Below are positions 58,781-64,000 of a stretch of 64,000 nt of DNA, piece after piece; position 1 is the first letter of the stretch; each line of letters starts with the position of its first letter. Source of the DNA: an uncultured Pseudomonadales bacterium (GTDB lineage: Bacteria > Patescibacteriota > Microgenomatia > UBA1400 > PJMF01). A program made the translations under genes and the position numbers. The DNA lies in contig CAYMSV010000002.1 in the NCBI GenBank assembly GCA_964393205.1, positions 160,843 through 224,842 of the forward strand, given 5' to 3'. Below the pieces are notes generated by a model. The model saw only the letters and a list, made by a program, of their open reading frames with translations. It was not told the origin of the DNA and ran no database searches.

Positions 58781-60523
58781 TTATTTTTTGTTTTTACCAA
58801 GTACTCTGTTCATTAAATCAATAGAATCCTCAACTTCTTGTTTATGTGTGGCTCTTTCTCTATTTTTTCCAGTCGCAAATCCTTTACCAATTGAGAGTTT
58901 TCCTGGTTCTCCCCCCGGAGTCGTAGGTTTAGTTTTAATTGGTAATTCACCAGTATCAATAAAATGAGTTACTGGGTTGAGTATGTCTGGTTGGTTAAGT
59001 CCCGCAGAGTGTTCTACATTAATTGCTGTATTTACTCCAGTATGAGCTCCTTGTTTCACACCGGTGCCAAATCCTTGTATAATACCTTTGCCAATTGATC
59101 CAAAACCGCCTGATACATCTCCCATTCTCATTTGACCAATAGCTTTAGGTATGTTTTTAAATCCTCCGCCAATTGCGCCAATTGGTCCTCCAGCAAGGGC
59201 GCCAGTTGCACCAAGTCCAACTCTACCACCTAACGGAAAGGCTTTTTTAGTTCTTTCTATGGCCGCTCCTGCTAAGCTACCCATAATTCCTTCTTCCACT
59301 CCAAGTTTCTTTTTTGCCTCTTTCATAATTTCCGGAATAGTTAATAAAATGCCGATGGCTACCAAAGCTGGAAAAGCAGCTCCCTGTCCTTGTCCTAATA
59401 GAAATGGTGGCATAAAACCACCAACCTGTGTTCCTGTGCCAACATATTTGCCAGTTGTGAGCATACTATTAACTAGCAAGCAAATCAAAACTAGTGGCCA
59501 CATAATTAAATTGCCAGTTAGATTTTTTAACCAAGACACGAAGGTATTTTTTCCTGGAATAGCGCCGACCATTAATATGACTGGTGCAAAGACTATTTGC
59601 AAAATAATTGCAATATAAGACTTCAATAGTTCAAAAAAGATTTTAAAACTACTAAATAAAATCGCTAAACCAATGATGACGATGGCAGATAGGGAAGACA
59701 ACCAAGCAACAGCGGTAGATAGCCAACCAGTGCCCAACAAACCGCTTATTAAATTTCGCAGGGTGTTTCTAACATCATTGCCAAAATTATCAAACATCCT
59801 GCCAATCAGGTTAAAAATATTACCTGTAATTAAAGTGGTTTCGCCCCCAATTAAGGTAGTTAACATGTACATTAATAAGTACATTAGATCAATCAAAAAA
59901 CCAGCTATCGCATAGGAAAAAGTGACAGCCAACATTGCTACAATGATGCTGGGAATTGCTTGTTGAACTGTGATTGCAGCTTGACCAATTTTAGCTCTAA
60001 ACATAATCATAAAACCAATTATCAAAAAAATAACTACAAAAAATAAATAGGCAACATTGCGAAAATTTTTCCAAGTTTCAAGAATAGGGTCTAGTGCAGC
60101 AAAACCAAGTCCTTGTGCCTGGGCTTGGGGCATAATTTTAGCGTTTTGTAAAACGTCAGCTACGTAAGTTACTGAACTTGCGGGAGGGTCATACATAGCA
60201 ACAATGCCGCTGTTTACAACACTGATTAGTCCAGAACCAACAGCCTCATTAAACATGCTGGTTTCACCATCCATTTCTTCACCTCCACCCATAATATGGA
60301 GGTTAATAACGTTAAGTAGGTTGGAGGTAGTTTCTGTAACATGTTTTTCACCACTAACTCCCTCTTCAACTAAACTTGAAGCCATATTGGTAGTTGCTTC
60401 TTTAGCACTAAATTGAGTTTTTAGCCAATCCCAAACACTAGCTTGAGCTGGTTTAGTTACTAGAGACCAGGTTAAGAAAAAAGTAATGATAAATATAACA
60501 AATCGAGAAATAGCTTTTCTCAT
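58781..60523 (-). CDS. VirB6/TrbL-like polytopic T4SS membrane protein
   Basis: Signal peptide AQA; W..FRN.AY, FSYAIAG..ID, I.Q..FAP......PG....W...L; Gly-rich C-terminal tail. Confidence 0.65.
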   Translation of the reverse strand: MRKAISRFVIFIITFFLTWSLVTKPAQASVWDWLKTQFSAKEATTNMASSLVEEGVSGEKHVTETTSNLLNVINLHIMGGGEEMDGETSMFNEAVGSGLISVVNSGIVAMYDPPASSVTYVADVLQNAKIMPQAQAQGLGFAALDPILETWKNFRNVAYLFFVVIFLIIGFMIMFRAKIGQAAITVQQAIPSIIVAMLAVTFSYAIAGFLIDLMYLLMYMLTTLIGGETTLITGNIFNLIGRMFDNFGNDVRNTLRNLISGLLGTGWLSTAVAWLSSLSAIVIIGLAILFSSFKIFFELLKSYIAIILQIVFAPVILMVGAIPGKNTFVSWLKNLTGNLIMWPLVLICLLVNSMLTTGKYVGTGTQVGGFMPPFLLGQGQGAAFPALVAIGILLTIPEIMKEAKKKLGVEEGIMGSLAGAAIERTKKAFPLGGRVGLGATGALAGGPIGAIGGGFKNIPKAIGQMRMGDVSGGFGSIGKGIIQGFGTGVKQGAHTGVNTAINVEHSAGLNQPDILNPVTHFIDTGELPIKTKPTTPGGEPGKLSIGKGFATGKNRERATHKQEVEDSIDLMNRVLGKNKK

Positions 60524-60616
60524 ACAAGGTATATTTTAATTGATTGTGACGCCATGTGTAAAGTGAAGTTTTTTTGCGCTTGACAATCTATCAAAGAATA
60601 TTTAACAATATCAAAG

Positions 60617-61501
60617 ATGATCGATCAAAACCAAATAGTTCGTTTATTAGAGTTTTTCTCTACGAGCGAAAGAATATTTTTTTTATTTTCTAACAGTCAA
60701 CAAAGGGATTTGTCTTTAAGCGCTTTAGCCAGTCATTTATTTTTTGAGGATTTAATTTCATTAAATAAATCAAAATTAAAACTAAAAGAAACAGTTGTTT
60801 TTTCTCCAAGTAAACTGACAGAGTCATTTAAGCAGTGGCCAGAAATTAATAACTATTTAAAACAAAATAATTTATTAGAAAAAATTCAACATGATTTGGG
60901 CAGAGAAAATTTATCAATTGTTTTTCCTTATAAAAAAAACCAAGTAGATAAAGTTTCTTATCATATTGATGACAAGGCCAAGCGCTTCTATTTAAGTATT
61001 AAACCTAAAAAAGGTGTTGCTCCATTAAGTCAAAAAGAAGTGGAATTTTCTTATACTGGTTCTAGTGCTGACTTATTAATTTTATTTGGAGTTAATGATT
61101 TAGAAGACCTCAAAGAATTATATTTTGCTCATGAAGAACTTTATCAAAACACCTCTTTAGTAACAGTTAACACTTTTTTACCAGACTTTGGTACTCTTAA
61201 TTTAGATATTAGTGGAAGCATTGGCTATGGCGAAGCAACTTTTTATTTATTAAAAAGCCTGACCAATTTCTTAGATATCGAATTAAGCTCTTTTACTCAT
61301 ATTGAGCAAATTACTACTTTGTTGTTGACGGGTATTAGTTTGAAGACAGATCAATTTAGCAGTAAACAAATGACGGCCAATAGCTTTTTAGCAGTAGCTG
61401 AATTATTGCAATTAGGCGCTCAGCGCTTAGAACTCAATAAGAACGAGATTACTAAACATAAACAGAAAAAATCTACAGCACACAAAAAATCAAAAAAGTA
61501 A
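60617..61501 (+). CDS. Degenerate DHH/NrnA-like phosphoesterase N-terminal domain protein
   Basis: DLLIL.G, FG.LN, T.LL.GI...T..F, A.L...GA are present but the DGD and DHH motifs are not. Confidence 0.55.
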   Translation: MIDQNQIVRLLEFFSTSERIFFLFSNSQQRDLSLSALASHLFFEDLISLNKSKLKLKETVVFSPSKLTESFKQWPEINNYLKQNNLLEKIQHDLGRENLSIVFPYKKNQVDKVSYHIDDKAKRFYLSIKPKKGVAPLSQKEVEFSYTGSSADLLILFGVNDLEDLKELYFAHEELYQNTSLVTVNTFLPDFGTLNLDISGSIGYGEATFYLLKSLTNFLDIELSSFTHIEQITTLLLTGISLKTDQFSSKQMTANSFLAVAELLQLGAQRLELNKNEITKHKQKKSTAHKKSKK

Positions 61502-61517
61502 AAAAATCCAAGTTTAA

Positions 61518-63998
61518 CTATTGGTTATACATAATAATAGCAGTAGTTAAGACTCCGAGCCTTTGGAAAAGTGGATATTTATTGGTGTTTCCATTAGTGT
61601 CTGTAGCATTACAGACAGTTCCTCCGCCGTCTTTAAAGCAAAGTCTAATCGCTCTCTCTACAAAATCATCAGTAGGGTAGCGACCCATAACGTCAAAATA
61701 GCGATTTCTAATTTTTTCGGCATCGTCTGTATTAGATGGTCGATTACAGGTAAATTCAACTGTATCCATGCAAAAAATTAAATCCATTTCTTGATGTCTA
61801 TCATCGATCCAGTTAACTGGATAAATATGGTCATCTCCTTCCATACTAACTGGACAATATCCAGCCAAACGCCAACGAGTTGGTCTTTCTTGGCCAGTAT
61901 AATCTGAGGTGCAGTTGCCATTACCGGGGCCGTTATAGCGGGCCAAACCCATTAACAAGGTTTCATAATCCAATTGCACCTGTTCTGGTGGTAAGCCGTT
62001 CATACCCATTTTATCTTTTAAGTGTTCCATGGCGATAGTAGCATCTTCCAATAAACTACCGCGCAGAGGACCGCCATCCAATAGTGATTGATCTGGACTC
62101 ATACCACCCTCCATCCAGTGAATTCCCGCAGCAATTTCGCAAGGTATGCCTGTAGTAGCTTCTACTTGCCCATAGACGTCTATTAACTCTGAAGTAACTT
62201 TTGGAACAACATATGCGCTGAAGTCGTTTAAAGCAATTTCTGGTATTTCTTCATAATTGGGTAGTCCTTCAACTTTGCTAAAAGCTAAACCCTCGCAAGT
62301 TGCCTCTAGTTTTCCTTGAGCTCCTTTACAGCGACCTAAAAATAAATCTTCAACTCGCTCACAGGATGCTACATATTCATAGGCATCATCGGCAGTACTG
62401 CGAATAGTTGTTTGTATTTTTCTAATAAACCAACCAAGACCAAAGTCAGGAAACAACAGGCCATGTTCTGGACGACCTGCTGTAGTGACGCCAAAGGCTT
62501 TATCATCACAAACTTGTATATAAACTGGATTGCCCAAGGCATCTACAGCTCCATCGGGATCTGGCTCTAAACGACAATTAGTTTGCCAGCTAAAACCGTC
62601 ACTATCGCTATAAGCCGCATTACTATTCTTAATAGTGTAATATTTAGGAATAGCTCCAGTTTTACCCTCCATATCTACCAAAACGTTATTTTTTATCAAT
62701 TGAAAAAGAGAATCTCTGTTCCAAAAAATACCCAGAGATTTATTAACATCTTTTACGTTTTCTCCAATTGGTAAAACCAAATATGCTTTAACCTGGACTT
62801 TTTCTCCAGCATCAACAATTGGATTACTTACGGTGATGTCCCAAGAGAAATTAGTTTCTGCTTCACTATCTAATCGATCTAATAACTCATTGTTAAGTGG
62901 ATTGTTTTTATAAGGATTACGAGCAGTATCATCAAAATATTTTGTAGCGGGAGTGAAAAGATCTCCAGCTTTTTCAAAATGTATATCATTGGTGTTGACA
63001 ATATCTTCTACGGTAATTTCAGTTTCTGGGTCTTCCAAATCTATAATGCTTACAGCTTCAACTGAACAAGAAGGTTCAGCGCCATTAATAATATCAATCA
63101 GAGCATTTTCTAACATATTGTCAGAGCTTCGTTCGCATTGAGGCATGCCAGCACACTGAATAGTTTTTTCTGATTCAGGCCAAGAATTTGCTTTAGCTGC
63201 TGCACCAATCAACAATTCTCTTTCCCAATTTTGATTATCAAGATCTTGAACATTTTGTGCATGATTTTGTAGAACAAGTTTAGTTAGTTCTAAACTATCT
63301 ACATTATTTAAAATTCGTGATTTATTAGTGGCGAATTCAGGAATTTTAAAGGCAATAAAGATTGGAGCATCTTTTTCATAAGATCCGCCATCTGTTTGTA
63401 AAAACTTTAATTTATTATTAACAGGAGTTTGTTTGGGTACGAGTACCAAAAAGGCCAAACGATAAAGATTGTCTAAATCAAAACTAACTTTTTGAATTGC
63501 TGCTCGGTTGAGAGCTAAAGTTTCAGCTAGAGCTGGACTTTCTTCCTCTGGATATAAGTCTTTACAGATGGCTGAATTTCTTTCAGATCTACTAGCACCT
63601 GCCAAATCAGGCCTCATATTATCCAAACGCTCTTTGATCCCCAAGTAATCAAAATTAGCACTGGGAATTCCTAGCGAAGCATTGGCTTCGATTTCAACTT
63701 CTTTGTTTAAAAAACAGTTGATAAAAAATTTGTCGCATAATTCTCCAATGACGTCTAAATTATTTTTTTTATAAAAACATTGCCAATAAGAACTTAAAAG
63801 GCGTCCTGTTATTCCAGTAGCATTTAAATAATCATCATCGGTGAAAGCCTCTTGTAAGTTAGCGCCAAACATACCCTCAAAAGAGTCGTTTTTATCGGTA
63901 GACTCACTATCTTCCATGCCACGTAGCAGGGGGATTCTAGCGTTTTCTAAATTAAGATATTGGGGGCTGGTGCCACTAAAATATCTAAGAGTATTAGG
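61518..63998 (-). CDS. Large secreted-type protein with C-terminal lysozyme/lytic-transglycosylase-like domain (5' truncated)
   Basis: Frame is open to the window end; GIPCEIAAGIHWMEGG and LARYNG motifs; Cys-rich. Confidence 0.6.
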   Translation of the reverse strand, partial: PNTLRYFSGTSPQYLNLENARIPLLRGMEDSESTDKNDSFEGMFGANLQEAFTDDDYLNATGITGRLLSSYWQCFYKKNNLDVIGELCDKFFINCFLNKEVEIEANASLGIPSANFDYLGIKERLDNMRPDLAGASRSERNSAICKDLYPEEESPALAETLALNRAAIQKVSFDLDNLYRLAFLVLVPKQTPVNNKLKFLQTDGGSYEKDAPIFIAFKIPEFATNKSRILNNVDSLELTKLVLQNHAQNVQDLDNQNWERELLIGAAAKANSWPESEKTIQCAGMPQCERSSDNMLENALIDIINGAEPSCSVEAVSIIDLEDPETEITVEDIVNTNDIHFEKAGDLFTPATKYFDDTARNPYKNNPLNNELLDRLDSEAETNFSWDITVSNPIVDAGEKVQVKAYLVLPIGENVKDVNKSLGIFWNRDSLFQLIKNNVLVDMEGKTGAIPKYYTIKNSNAAYSDSDGFSWQTNCRLEPDPDGAVDALGNPVYIQVCDDKAFGVTTAGRPEHGLLFPDFGLGWFIRKIQTTIRSTADDAYEYVASCERVEDLFLGRCKGAQGKLEATCEGLAFSKVEGLPNYEEIPEIALNDFSAYVVPKVTSELIDVYGQVEATTGIPCEIAAGIHWMEGGMSPDQSLLDGGPLRGSLLEDATIAMEHLKDKMGMNGLPPEQVQLDYETLLMGLARYNGPGNGNCTSDYTGQERPTRWRLAGYCPVSMEGDDHIYPVNWIDDRHQEMDLIFCMDTVEFTCNRPSNTDDAEKIRNRYFDVMGRYPTDDFVERAIRLCFKDGGGTVCNATDTNGNTNKYPLFQRLGVLTTAIIMYNQ

Positions 63999-64000
63999 AA

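Noticed and set aside
59151-63141. Plus-strand ORFs inside the VirB6-like and lysozyme-like genes, and similar short antisense ORFs elsewhere
   Set aside because: Fully nested antisense to well-supported CDSs, with no recognisable motifs
48331-63998. Call as integrative conjugative element or prophage
   Set aside because: No integrase, relaxase, att repeats or phage structural genes are visible in the window
1-64000. Alternative genetic code (UGA=Gly, as in Gracilibacteria/SR1)
   Set aside because: Conserved genes are full length in code 11, and TGA ends genes at expected positions (e.g. uppS, jag, nnrD)

Overview
AT-rich bacterial chromosome segment in the standard genetic code. Gene content points to a Patescibacteria (CPR), probably Microgenomates-type, genome; this is an inference from the pilin array, isopentenyl phosphate kinase, ATP-dependent ligase and PrgI/VirB4 cluster. 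From left to right: (1) a ~15 kb surface-glycan locus (GT-C membrane proteins, GME-like epimerase, GT2/GT4, O-antigen-ligase family, priming transferase, a divergent GuaB-like enzyme); (2) three Cys-rich, Pro/Thr-rich surface proteins; (3) a tRNA-Ile with the rare anticodon UAU, whose CCA end overlaps the next start codon; (4) isoprenoid genes (IPK, a DUF35-zinc-ribbon/Nudix-like fusion, polyprenyl synthase, uppS, idi) among housekeeping genes (pth, ligase, fic, nnrD, recF, valS, rplY); (5) an ECF sigma operon divergent from seven tandem VirB2/TrbC-like pilins; (6) a rearranged origin region (dnaA-oriC-dnaN-rpmH-rnpA-yidD-yidC-jag-rnhA all on one strand) with DnaA boxes and DnaA-trios; (7) a T4SS-like cluster (VirB4, PrgI, VirB6-like, C39-peptidase and lysozyme-like proteins) directly upstream of dnaA, with no relaxase or integrase in the window. 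A -10 hexamer lies 6-10 nt before many start codons, suggesting widespread leaderless or near-leaderless transcription. All calls come from reading motifs by eye; no database searches were run.
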